NCBI GenBank assembly: GCA_964016885.1
Contig: OZ024742.1
Coordinates: 168,082,001 to 168,146,000, forward strand
DNA: 64,000 bases
Direction: 5' to 3'
DNA from: Eledone cirrhosa
Taxonomy: Eukaryota
Position 1 is the stretch's first letter. Each line of letters opens with the position of its first letter. This document shows positions 12,501 through 26,467 of the stretch, one piece after another. The notes under the pieces are model-generated. The model had not been told where the DNA came from, did no database searches, and saw only the letters and a program-made list of their open reading frames with translations. The translations under genes and the position numbers were made by a program.

Positions 12501-15500
12501 TAAAAATCCATTAAAAAAATCCATTTAAAAAAATCCATTAAAAACCCATTAAAAATCCATTAAAAAATCCATTTAAAAAACCCATTAAAAAAAATCCATT
12601 AAAAAAATCCATTTAAAAAATCCTTTAAAAAAAAATCCATTAAAAAAAACCATTAAAAAAAATCCATTAAAAAAATCCATTTAAAAAATCCATTAAAAAA
12701 AATCCATTAAAAAAAACTCAATCAAAAACCCATAAAAGAAACATTAAAACAGCATTTAAAAATCCATTAAAAATCCATTAAAAAAATCCATTTAAAAAAT
12801 CCATTAAAAAATCCATTAAAAATCCATTAAAAATCCATTAAAAAATCCATTTAAAAAAATCCATTAAAAAAATCCATTTAAAAAATCCATTAAAAAATCC
12901 ATTTAAAAAATCCATTAAAAAAAATCCATTAAAAAAAACCATTAAAAAATCCATTAAAAAAAATCCCATTAAAAATACATTAAAGGCCCATTAAAAACGC
13001 CATAAAAAATCCAAAAAAATCCATTAAAAAAAAACTCAATCAAAAACCCATAAAAGAAACATTAAAACAGCATTTAAAAAACCCATTAAAAATTCATTAA
13101 AAAAAATCCATTTAAAAAATCCATTAAAAAATCCATTAAAAATCCATTAAAAATCCATTAAAAATCCATTAAAAAACCATTAAAAATCCATTAAAAAATC
13201 CATTTAAAAAAATCCATTAAAAAAATCCATTAAAAAAATCCATTTAAAAAATCCATTAAAAAAAATCCATTAAAAAAAATCCATTAAAAAAAAATCCATT
13301 AAAAAAAATCAATTTAAAAAAATCCATTAAAAATCCATTAAAAAAATCCATTTAAAAAAATCCATTAAAAACCCATTAAAAATCCATTAAAAATCCATTA
13401 AAAATCCATTTAAAAAACCCATTAAAAAAATCCATTAAAAAAAACCCATTAAAAAAAAATCCATTAAAAAAATCCATTTAAAAAATCCATTAAAAAAAAT
13501 CCATTAAAAAAAAATCCATTAAAAAATCCATTAAAAACCCATTAAAAATCCATTAAAAATCCATTAAAAATCCATTAAAAATCCATTAAAAATCCATTTA
13601 AAAAAATCCATTAAAAAAATCCATTAAAAAATCCATTTAAAAAATCCATCAAAAAAAATCCATTAAAAAAAACTCAATCAAAAACCCATAAAAGAAACAT
13701 TAAAACAGCATTTAAAAAATCCATTTAAAAAAATCCATTAAAAATCCATTAAAAATCCATTAAAAATCCATTAAAAACCCATTAAAAATCCATTAAAAAT
13801 CCATTAAAAAATCCATTTAAAAAAACCGATTAAAAAAAATCCATTAAAAAAAACCATTTAAAAAATCCATTTAAAAAAATCCATTAAAAAAAACCCATTA
13901 AAAAAAATCCATTAAAAAAATCCATTTAAAAAATCCATTAAAAAAAAAATCCATTAAAAAAAATCCATAAAAAAATCCATTAAAAAAATCCATTAAAAAA
14001 AATCCATTAAAAAAAATCCATTAAAAATCCATTAAAAAAATCCATTAAAAAAAATCCATTAAAAAATCCATTAAAAACCCATTAAATATCCATTAAAAAT
14101 CCATTTAAAAAACCCATTAAAAAAATCCATTAAAAAAATCCATTTAAAAATCCATTAAAAAAAATCCATTTAAAAAAACCCATTAAATAAAATCCATTAA
14201 AAAAATCCATTTAAAAAATCCATAAAAAAAAATCCATAAAAAAAATAAATTAAAAAAAATCCATTAAAAAAAAATCCGTTAAAAAAAATCCATTAAAAAT
14301 CCATTAAAAATCCATTAAAAATCCATTAAAAATCCATTAAAAATCCATTTAAAAAAATCCATTAAAAAAATCCATTAAATAAATCCATTTAAAAAATCCA
14401 TTAAAAAAATCCATTAAAAAAAAATCCATTAAAAAAAATCCATTAAAAAAAATCAATTTAAAAAAATCCATTAAAAATCCATTAAAAAAATCCATTTAAA
14501 AAAATCCATTAAAAACCCATTAAAAATCCATTAAAAATCCATTAAAAAATCCATTTAAAAAACCCATTAAAAAAATCCATTAAAAAAATCCATTTAAAAA
14601 ATCCATTAAAAAAAAATCCATTAAAAAAACCCATTAAAAAAAATCCATTAAAAAAATCCATTTAAAAAATCCATTAAAAAAAATCCATTAAAAAAAACTC
14701 AATCAAAAACCCATAAAAGAAACATTAAAACAGCATTTAAAAAACCCATTAAAAATTCATTAAAAAAAATCCATTTAAAAAATCCATTAAAAAATCCATT
14801 AAAAATCCATTAAAAATCCATTAAAAATCCATTAAAAATCCATTAAAAAATCCATTTAAAAAAATCCATTAAAAAAATTCATTAAAAAAATCCATTTAAA
14901 AAATCCATTAAAAAAATCCATTAAAAAAACTCAATCAAAAACCCATAAAAGAAACATTAAAACAGCATTTAAAAAATCCATTAAAAAAATCCATTTAAAA
15001 AAATCCATTAAAAAATCCATTAAAAAATCAAATTAAAAAATCCATTAAAAAAATCCATTAAAAAATCCATTTAAAAAATCCATTTAAAAAAATCCATTAA
15101 AAAAAATCCATTAAAAAAAATCCATTAAAAAAAATCCATTAAAAAAAAAATCCGTTAAAAAAAATCCATTAAAAACTCAATCAAAAACCCAATTAAAAGG
15201 CCATAAAAGAAACATTAAAACAGCATTTAAAATACCATTAAAAACGCCATAAAAAATCATTAAAATTGTTTTTTATGAAATTTATAATATGGCTTTTAAT
15301 GAACTTTTTAATGGGCTTTTAGAATCATTAAAATCCCATTAAAAATACATTAAAGGCCCATTAAAAACGCCATAAAAAATCCATGAAAAAAAATCCATTA
15401 AAAAAAAATTCAATCAAAAACCCATAAAAGAAACATTAAAACAGCATTTAAAAAACCCATTAAAAATTCATTAAAAAAATCCATTTAAAAAATCCATTAA

Positions 15501-16850
15501 AAATCCATTAAAAATCCATTAAAAATCCATTAAAAATACATTAAAAATCCATTAAAAAAAAATCCATTAAAAAATCCATTTAAAAAAATCCATTAAAAAA
15601 AACTCAATCAAAAACCCATAAAAGAAACATTAAAACAGCATTTAAAAAATCCATTAAAAAAAATCCATTTAAAAAAATCCATTAAAAAAGCCATTAAAAA
15701 TCCATTAAAAACCCATTAAAAATCCATTAAAAATCCATTAAAAATCCATTAAAAATCCATTAAAAATCCATTAAAAAATCCATCTAAAAAAATCCATTAA
15801 AAAAATCCATTAAAAAAATTCATTTAAAAAATCCATTAAAAAAATCCATTTAAAAAATCCATTAATAAAAATCCATTAAAAAAATCCATAAAAAAAATCC
15901 ATTAAAAAAAATCCATTAAAAAAATCCGTTAAAAAAAATCCATTAAAAATCCATTGAAAATCCATTAAAAATCCATTAAAAATCCATTAAAAATCTATTA
16001 AAAATCCATTAAAAATCCATTAAAAAATCCATTTAAAAAAATCCATTAAAAAAATCCATTAAAAAATCCATTTAAAAAATCCATTAAAAAAAATCCATTA
16101 GAAAAAAATCCATTAAAAAAAAAATCCATTAAAAAAAATCAATTTAAAAAAATCCATTAAAAATCCATTAAAAAAATCCATTAAAAAAAATCCATTAAAA
16201 ACCCATTAAAAATCCATTAAAAATCCATTAAAAATCCATTAAAAAATCCATTTAAAAAACCCATTAAAAAAATCCATTAAAAAAATCCATTTAAAAAATC
16301 CATTAAAAAAAATCCATTAAAAAAAACCCATTAAAAAAAATCCATTTAAAAAATCCATTTAAAAAATCCATTAAAAAAAATCCATTAAAAAAAATCCATA
16401 AAAAAATGCATTAAAAAAATCCATTAAAAAAATCCATTAAAAAAAATCCATTAAAAATCCATTAAAAAAATCCATTTAAAAAATCCATTAAAAAAAATCC
16501 ATTTAAAAAAACCCATTAAAAAAAATCCATTAAAAAAATCCATTTAAAAAATCCATTAAAAAAAATCCATTAAAAAAAATCCATAAAAAAAATCCATTAA
16601 AAAAAATCCATTATAAAAAAATCAGTTAAAAAAAATCCATTAAAAACTCAATCCAAAACCCAATTAAAAGGCCATAAAAGAAACATTAAAACAGCATTTA
16701 AAATACCATTAAAAACGCCATAAAAAATCATTAAAATCCCATTAAAAATACATTAAAGGCCCATTAAAAACGCCATAAAAAATCCATTAAAAAAAATCCA
16801 TTAAAAAAAATCCATTAAAAAAAAATCCGTTAAAAAAAATCCATTAAAAA

Positions 16851-16986
16851 CTCAATCAAAAACCCAATTAAAAGGCCATAAAAGAAACATTAAAACAGCA
16901 TTTAAAATACCATTAAAAACGCCATAAAAAATCATTAAAATCCCATTAAAAATACATTAAAGGCCCATTAAAAACGCCATAAAAAA
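16851..16986 (+). repeat. Cassette B, short form (136 bp, no insert, single AATCATTAAAAT); about 20 copies including variants
   Basis: Reads ...CGCCATAAAAAATCATTAAAATCCCATT.... Other copies start near 8374, 16647, 17600, 21497, 30111, 30315, 31064, 35362, 35566, 36315, 40791, 47861, 57927, 58131, 58880 and 61392. Confidence 0.93.
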
Positions 16987-18535
16987 TCCATTAAAAAAAA
17001 CTCAATCAAAAACCCATAAAAGAAACATTAAAACAGCATTTAAAAAACCCATTAAAAATTCATTAAAAAAATCCATTTAAAAAATCCATTAAAAATCCAT
17101 TAAAAATCCATTAAAAATCCATTAAAAATCCATTAAAAATCCATTAAAAATTCATTAAAAAATCCATTTAAAAAAATCCATTAAAAAAATCGATTAAAAA
17201 ATCCATTTAAAAAATCCATTAAAAAAAATCCATTAAAAAAAATCCATAAAAAAATCCATTAAAAAAATCCATTAAAAAATCCATTAAAAAAAAATCCATT
17301 AAAAATCCATTAAAAAAATCCATTTAAAAAATCCATTTAAAAATCCATTAAAAATCCATTAAAAATCCATTAAAAATCCATTAAAAAATCCATTAAAAAA
17401 ACCCATTTAAAAAATCCAAAAAAATCCATTTAAAAAATCCATTAAAAAAAATCCATTTAAAAAAACCCATTAAAAAAAATCCATTAAAAAAATCCATTTA
17501 AAAAATCCATTAAAAAAATCCATTAAAAAAAATCCATTAAAAAAATCCATTAAAAAAAATCCATTAAAAAAAAATCCGTTAAAAAAAATCCATTAAAAAC
17601 TCAATCAAAAACCCAATTAAAAGGCCATAAAAGAAACATTAAAACAGCATTTAAAATACCATTAAAAACGCCATAAATAATCATTAAAATCCCATTAAAA
17701 ATACATTAAAGGCCCATTAAAAACGCCATAAAAAATCCATTAAAAAAAATCCATTAAAAAAAATCCATTAAAAAAAAATCCGTTAAAAAAAATCCATTAA
17801 AAACTCAATCAAAAACCCAATTAAAAGGCCATAAAAGAAACATTAAAACAGCATTTAAAATACCATTAAAAACGCCATAAAAAATCATTAAAATTGTTTT
17901 TTATGAAATTTATAATATGGCTTTTAATGAACTTTTTAATGGGCTTTTAGAATCATTAAAATCCCATTAAAAATACATTAAAGGCCCATTAAAAACGCCA
18001 TAAAAAATCCATTAAAAAAAATCCATTAAAAAAAAATTCAATCAAAAACTCATAAAAGAAACATTAAAACAGCATTTAAAAAACCCATTAAAAATTCATT
18101 AAAAAAATCCATTTAAAAAATCCATTAAAAATCCATTAAAAATCCATTAAAAATCCATTAAAAATCCATTAAAAATCCATTAAAAATCCATTTAAAAAAA
18201 TCCATTAAAAAAATCCATTAAAAAATCCATTAAAAAAGCCATTAAAAATCCATTAAAAATCCATTAAAAATCCATTAAAAATCCATTAAAAATCCATTAA
18301 AAATCCATTAAAAAATCCATCTAAAAAAATCCATTAAAAAAATCCATTAAAAAATTCATTTAAAAAATCCATTAAAAAAATCCATTTAAAAAATCCATTA
18401 AAAAAATCCATTTAAAAAATCCATTAAAAAAAATCCATTAAAAAAAACTCAATCAAAAACCCATAAAAGAAACATTAAAACAACATTTAAAAAATCCATT
18501 AAAAAAAAATCCATTTAAAAAAATCCATTAAAAAA

Positions 18536-18623
18536 TCCATTAAAAATCCATTAAAAATCCATTAAAAATCCATTAAAAATCCATTAAAAATCCATTAAAA
18601 ATCCATTAAAAATCCATTAAAAA
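18536..18623 (+). repeat. Perfect (TCCATTAAAAA)8 run; example of the frequent pure 11-bp phased A5-tract blocks
   Basis: Monomer starts at 18536, 18547, 18558, 18569, 18580, 18591, 18602 and 18613. Confidence 0.95.
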
Positions 18624-21600
18624 TCCATTAAAAAATCCATTAAAAAAATCCATTAAAAAAATCCATTAAAAAAATCCATTTAAAAAATCCATTAAAAAAA
18701 TCCATTTAAAAAATCCATTAAAAAAATCCATTAAAAAAAATCCATTAAAAAAAGCCATTAAAAAAAATCCATTAAAAAAAAATCCGTTAAAAAAAATTCA
18801 TTAAAAATCCATTAAAAATCCATTAAAAATCCATTAAAAATTCATTAAAAAATCCATTTAAAAAAATCCATTAAAAAAATCCATTAAAAAATCCATTTAA
18901 AAATTCCATTAAAAAAAATCCATTAAAAAAAATCCATAAAAAAATCCATTAAAAAAATCCATTAAAAAATCCATTAAAAAAAAATCCATTAAAAATCCAT
19001 TAAAAAAATCCATTTAAAAAATCCATTAAAAAATCCATTAAAAATCCATTAAAAATCCATTAAAAATCCATTAAAAAATCCATTAAAAAAACCCATTTAA
19101 AAAATCCATTAAAAAAATCCATTTAAAAAATCCATTAAAAAATATCCATTTAAAAAAACCCATTAAAAAAAATCCATTAAAAAAATCCATTTAAAAAATC
19201 CATTAAAAAAAATCCATTAAAAAAAATCCATAAAAAAAATCCATTAAAAAAAATCCATTATAAAAAAATCCGTTAAAAAAAATCCATTAAAAACTCAATC
19301 AAAAACCCAATTAAAAGTCCATAAAAGAAACATTAAAACAGCATTTAAAATACCATTAAAAACGCCATAAAAAATCATTAAAATTGTTTTTTATGAAATT
19401 TATAATATGGCTTTTAATGAACTTTTTAATGGGCTTTTAGAATCATTAAAATCCCATTAAAAATACATTAAAGGCCCATTAAAAACGCCATAAAAAATCC
19501 ATTAAAAAAAATCCATTAAAAAAAAATTCAATCAAAAACTCATAAAAGAAACATTAAAACAGCATTTAAAAAACCCATTAAAAATTCATTAAAAAAATCC
19601 ATTTAAAAAATCCATTAAAAATCCATTAAAAATCCATTAAAAATCCATTAAAAATCCATTAAAAATCCATTAAAAAAAAATCAATTAAAAAAATCCATTA
19701 AAAAAATCCATTTAAAAAATCCATTAAAAAAAATCCATTAAAAAAAATCCATTAAAAAAAAATCCATTAAAAAAAATCCATTAAAAAAAAATCCGTTAAA
19801 AAAATCCATTAAAAACTCAATCAAAAACCCAATTAAAAGGCCATAAAAGAAACATTAAAACAGCATTTAAAATACCATTAAAAACGCCATAAAAAATCAT
19901 TAAAATTGTTTTTTATGAAATTTATAATATGGCTTTTAATGAACTTTTTAATGGGCTTTTAGAATCATTAAAATCCCATTAAAAATACATTAAAGGCCCA
20001 TTAAAAACGCCATAAAAAATCCATTAAAAAAATCCATTAAAAAAAAATTCAATCAAAAACCCATAAAAGAAACATTAAAACGGCATTTAAAAAACCCATT
20101 AAAAATTCATTAAAAAAATCCATTTAAAAAATCCATTAAAAATCCATTAAAAATCCATTAAAAATCCATTAAAAATCCATTAAAAATCCATTTAAAAAAA
20201 ATCCATTTAAAAAATCCATTAAAAAATCCATTTAAAAAATCCATTAAAAAAATCCATTAAAAAAAACTCAATCAAAAACCCATAAAAGAAACATTAAAAC
20301 AGCATTTAAAAAATCCATTAAAAAAAATCCATTTAAAAAAATCCCTTAAAAAAGCCATTAAAAATCCATTAAAAATCCATTAAAAATCCATTAAAAATCC
20401 ATTAAAAATCCATTAAAAATCCATTAAAAATCCATTAAAAATCCATTAAAAAATCCATCTAAAAAAATCCATTAAAAAAATCCATTAAAAAAATTCATTT
20501 AAAAAATCCATTAAAAAAATCCATTTAAAAAATCCATTAAAATAAATCCATTAAAAAAAATCCATAAAAAAAATCCATTAAAAAAAATCCATTAAAAAAA
20601 ATCCGTTAAAAAAAATCTATTAAAAATCCATTAAAAATCCATTAAACATCCATTAAAAATCCATTAAAAATCCATTAAAAATCCATTAAAAATCCATTAA
20701 AAAATCCATTTAAAAAAATCCATTAAAAAAATCCATTAAAAAAATCCATTTAAAAATTCCATTAAAAAAAATCCATTAAAAAAAAATCCATTAAAAAAAA
20801 AATCCATTAAAAAAAATCCATTAAAAATCCATTATAAAAATCCATTAAAAAAAATCCATTAAAAACCCATTAAAAATCCATTAAAAATCCATTAAAAAAT
20901 CCATTTAAAAAACCCATTAAAAAAATCCATTAAAAAAATCCATTTAAAAAATCCATTAAAAAAATCCATTTAAAAAAATCCATTAAAAAAGTCCATTTAA
21001 AAAATCCATTAAAAAAATCCATTAAAAAAAATCCTTAAAAAAATCCATTAAAAAAATCCATTAAAAAAATCCATTAAAAAAATCCATTAAAAAAAATCCA
21101 TTTAAAAAATCCATTTAAAAAATCCATTAAAAAAATCCATTAAAAAAATCCTTAAAATCCATTAAAAAAATCCATTAAAAAAATCCATTAAAAAAATCCA
21201 TTAAAAAAATCCATTAAAAATCCAAAAAAATCCATTTAAAAAAATCCATTAAAAATCCATTAAAAACCCATTAATAATCCATTAAAAATCCATTAAAAAT
21301 CCATTAAAAAATCCATTTAAAAAACCCATTAAAAAAATCCATTAAAAAAAATCCATTAAAAAAATCCATTAAAAAAAATCCATTTAAAAAAACCCATTAA
21401 AAAAATCCATTAAAAAAATCCATTTAAAAAATCCATTAAAAAATCCATTAAAAAAAAATCCATAAAAAAAATCCATTAAAAAAAATCCATTAAAAACTCA
21501 ATCAAAAACCCAATTAAAAGGCCATAAAAGAAACATTAAAACAGCATTTAAAATACCATTAAAAACGCCATAAAAAATCATTAAAATCCCATTAAAAATA

Positions 21601-24600
21601 CATTAAACACGCCATAAAAAATCCATTAAAAAAAACTCAATCAAAAACCCATAAAAGAAACATTAAAACATTAAAACCCATTAAAAATTCATTAAAAAAA
21701 TCCATTTAAAAAATCCATTAAAAATCCACTAAAAATTCATTAAAAAATCCATTTAAAAAATCCATTAAAAAAATCCATTTAAAAAATCCATTAAAAAAAA
21801 TCCATTTAAAAAAACCCATTAAAAAAATCCATTAAAAAAATCCATTTAAAAAATCCATTAAAAAAAATCCATTAAAAAAAATCCATAAAAAAAATCCATT
21901 AAAAAAAATCCATTAAAAAAAAATCCGTTAAAAAAAATCCATTAAAAACTCAATCAAAAACCCAATTTAAAGGCCATAAAAGAAACATTAAAACAGCATT
22001 TAAAATACCATTAAAAACGCCATAAAAAATCATTAAAATTGTTTTTTATGAAATTTATAATATGGCTTTTAATGAACTTTTTAATGGGCTTTTAGAATCA
22101 TTAAAATCCCATTAAAAATACATTAAAGGCCCATTATAAACGCCATAAAAAATCCATTAAAAAAAATCCATTAAAAAAAAATTCAATCAAAAACCCATAA
22201 AAGAAACATTAAAACAGCATTTAAAAAACCCATTAAAAATTCATTTAAAAAATCCATTTAAAAAATCCATTAAAAATCCATTAAAAATCCATTAAAAATC
22301 CATTAAAAATCCATTAAAAATCCATTAAAAAAAAATCCATTAAAAAAATCCATTAAAAAATCCATTTAAAAAATCCATTAAAAAAATCCATTAAATAAAA
22401 CTCAATCAAAAACCCATAAAAGAAACATTAAAACAACATTTAAAAAATCCATTAAAAAAAAATCCATTTAAAAAAATCCATTAAAAAAGCCATTAAAAAT
22501 CCATTAAAAATCCATTAAAAATCCATTAAAAATCCATTAAAAATCCATTAAAAATCCATTAAAAATCCATTAAAAAATCCATTAAAAAATCCATTAAAAA
22601 AATCCATTAAAAAAATCCATTTAAAAAATCCATTAAAAAAATCCATTTAAAAAATCCATTAAAAAAAATCCATTAAAAAAAATCCATTAAAAAAAGCCAT
22701 TAAAAAAAATCCATTAAAAAAAAATCCGTTAAAAAAATTCATTAAAAATCCATTAAAAATCCATTAAAAATCCATTAAAAATCCATTAAAAATCCATTAA
22801 AAATCCATTAAAAATCCATTAAAAAATCCATTTAAAAAAATCCATTAAAAAAATCCATTAAAAAAATCCATTTAAAAAATCCATTAAAAAAAATCCATTA
22901 AAAAAAAATCCATAAAAAAAAAATCCATTAAAAAAAATCAATTTAAAAAAATCCATTAAAAATCCATTAAAAAAATCCATTTAAAAAAAATCCATTAAAA
23001 ACCCATTAAAAATCCATTAAAAATCCATTAAAAATCCATTAAAAAATCCATTTAAAAAACCCATTAAAAAAAATCCATTAAAAAAATCCATTTAAAAAAA
23101 TCCATTAAAAAAAATCCATTAAAAAAAACCCATTAAAAAAAATCCATTAAAAAAATCCATTTGAAAAATCCATTAAAAAAATCCATTAAAAAAATCCTTA
23201 AAAAAATCCATTAAAAAAATCCATTAAAAAAATCCATTAAAAAAATCCATTAAAAAAATCCATTAAAAATCCATTAAAAAAATCCATTTAAAAAAATCCA
23301 TTAAAAATCCATTAAAAACCCATTAAAAATCCATTAAAAATCCATTTAAAAAACCCATTAAAAAAATCCATTAAAAAAAATCCATTTAAAAAATCCATTA
23401 AAAGCTCAATCAAAAACCCATTAAAAACGCCATAAAAATGATTAAAATCCCATTAAAGATACATTAAAGGCCCATTAAAAACGCCATAAAAAATCCATTA
23501 AAAAAATCCATTAAAAAAAACTCAATCAAAAATCCATAAAAGAAACATTAAAACAGCATTTAAAAAATCCATTAAAAATCCATTAAAAAAATCCATTTAA
23601 AAAACCCATTAAAAAAAATCCATAAAAAAAAAACTCAATCAAAAACCCATAAAAGAAACATTAAAACAGCATTTAAAAAATCCATTAAAAAAATCCATTA
23701 AAAGAAATCCATTAAAAAATCCATTAAAAATCCATTAAAAATCCATTAAAAATCCATTAAAAATCCATTAAAAAATCCATTTAAAAAAATCCATTAAAAA
23801 AATCCATTAAAAAAATCCATTTAAAAAATCCATTAAAAAAAAATCCATTAAAAAAAAATCCATTCAAAAAAAAATCCATTAAAAAAAATCAATTTAAAAA
23901 AATCCATTAAAAATCCATTAAAAAAATCCATTTTAAAAAATCCATTAAAAACCCATTAAAAATCCATTACAAATCCATTAAAAAATCCATTTAAAAAACC
24001 CATTAAAAAAATCCATTAAAAAAAATCCATTTAAAAAATGCATTAAAAAAATCCATTAAAAAAAAACCCATTAAAAAAAATCCATTAAAAAAAATCCATT
24101 AAAAAATCCATTAAAAACCCATTAAAAATCCATTAAAAATCCATAAAAAATCCATTTAAAAAATCCATTAAAAAAATCCATTTAAAAAAATCCATTAAAA
24201 ACCCAGTAAAAATCCATTAAAAATCCATTAAAAAATCCATTTAAAAAACCCATTAACAAAAATCCATTAAAAAACCCATTTAAAAAATCCATTAAAAAAA
24301 ATCCATTAAAAAAAATCCATTAAAAAAATCCATAAAAAAAAATCCATTAAAAAAAATCCGTTAAAAAAAATCCATTAAAAATCCATTAAAAATCCATTAA
24401 AAATCCATTAAAAAACCATTAAAAATCCATTAAAAAATCCATTTAAAAAAATCCATTAAAAAAATCCATTAAAAAAATCCATTTAAAAAATCCATTAAAA
24501 AAAATCCATTAAAAAAAAATCCATAAAAAAAAAAATGCATTAAAAAAAATCAATTTAAAAAAATCCATTAAAAATCCATTAAAAAAATCCATTTAAAAAA

Positions 24601-26467
24601 AATCCATTAAAAACCCATTAAAAATCCATTAAAAATCCATTAAAAATCCATTTAAAAAACCCATTAAAAAAATCCATTAAAAAAAACCCATTAAAAAAAA
24701 TCCATTAAAAAAATCCATTTAAAAAATCCATTAAAAAAAATCCATTAAAAAAAATCCATTAAAAAATCCATTAAAAACCCATTAAAAATCCATTAAAAAT
24801 CCATTAAAAATCCATTAAAAATCCATTAAAAAATCCAATAAAAAAAAATTCAATCAAAAACCCATAAAAGAAACATTAAAACAGCATTTAAAAAACCCAT
24901 TAAAAATTCATTAAAAAAATCCATTTAAAAAATCCATTAAAAATCCGTTAAAAATCCATTAAAAATCCATTAAAAATCCATTAAAAATCCATTAAAAATC
25001 CATTTAAAAAAATCCATTTAAAAAATCCATAAAAAAAAATCCATTAAAAAAAACTCAATCAAAAACCCATAAAAGAAACATTAAAACAGCATTTAAAAAA
25101 TCCATTTAAAAAAATCCATTAAAAATCCATTAAAAATCCATTAAAAATCCATTAAAAATCCATTAAAAATCCATTAAAAAATCCATTAAAAATCCATTAA
25201 AAAAATACATTAAAAAAAATCCATTAAAAACCCATTAAAAATCCATTAAAAATCCATTAAAAAATCCATTTAAAAAAACCCATTAAAAAAAACCATTTAA
25301 AAAATCCATTTAAAAAAATCCATTAAAAAAAACCCATTAAAAAAAATCCATTAAAAAAATCCATTTAAAAAATCCATTAAAAAAAAATCCATTAAAAAAA
25401 ATCCATAAAAAAATCCATTAAAAAAATCCATTAAAAAAAAATCCATTAAAAAAAATCCATTAAAAATCCATTAAAAAAATCCATTAAAAAAAATCCATTA
25501 AAAAATCCATTAAAAACCCATTAAAAATCCATTAAAAATCCATTAAAAATCAATTAAAAAATCCATTTAAAAAACCCATTAAAAAAATCCATTAAAAAAA
25601 TCCATTTAAAAATCCATTAAAAAAAATCCATTTAAAAAAACCCATTAAAAAAAATCCATTAAAAAAATCCATTTAAAAAATCCATAAAAAAAAATCCATA
25701 AAAAAAATCCATTAAAAAAAATCCATTAAAAAAAAATTCGTTAAAAAAAATCCATTAAAAATCCATTAAAAATCCATTAAAAATCCATTAAAAATCCATT
25801 AAAAATCCATTTAAAAAAATCCATTAAAAAAATCCATTAAATAAATCCATTTAAAAAATCCATTAAAAAAAATCCATTAAAAAAAAATCCATTAAAAAAA
25901 ATCCATTAAAAAAATCAATTTAAAAAAATCCATTAAAAATCCATTAAAAAAATCCATTTAAAAAAATCCATTAAAAACCCATTAAAAATCCATTAAAAAA
26001 TCCATTTAAAAAACCCATTAAAAAAAATCCATTAAAAAAATCCATTTAAAAAATCCTTTAAAAAAAAATCCATTAAAAAAAACCATTAAAAAAAATCCAT
26101 TAAAAAAATCCATTTAAAAAATCCATTAAAAAAAATCCATTAAAAAAAACTCAATCAAAAACCCATAAAAGAAACATTAAAACAGCATTTAAAAATCCAT
26201 TAAAAATCCATTAAAAAAATCCATTTAAAAAATCCATTAAAAAATCCATTAAAAATCCATTAAAAATCCATTAAAAAATCCATTTAAAAAAATCCATTAA
26301 AAAAATCCATTTAAAAAATCCATTAAAAAATCCATTTAAAAAATCCATTAAAAAAAATCCATTAAAAAAAACCATTAAAAAATCCATTAAAAAAAATCCC
26401 ATTAAAAATACATTAAAGGCCCATTAAAAACGCCATAAAAAATCCAAAAAAATCCATTAAAAAAAAA

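Noticed and set aside
16647-16850. Short cassette B plus linker (136+68) equals long cassette B (204), suggesting length compensation
   Set aside because: The equality depends on where I place the cassette boundaries, and the linker is ordinary monomers. Treated as coincidence.
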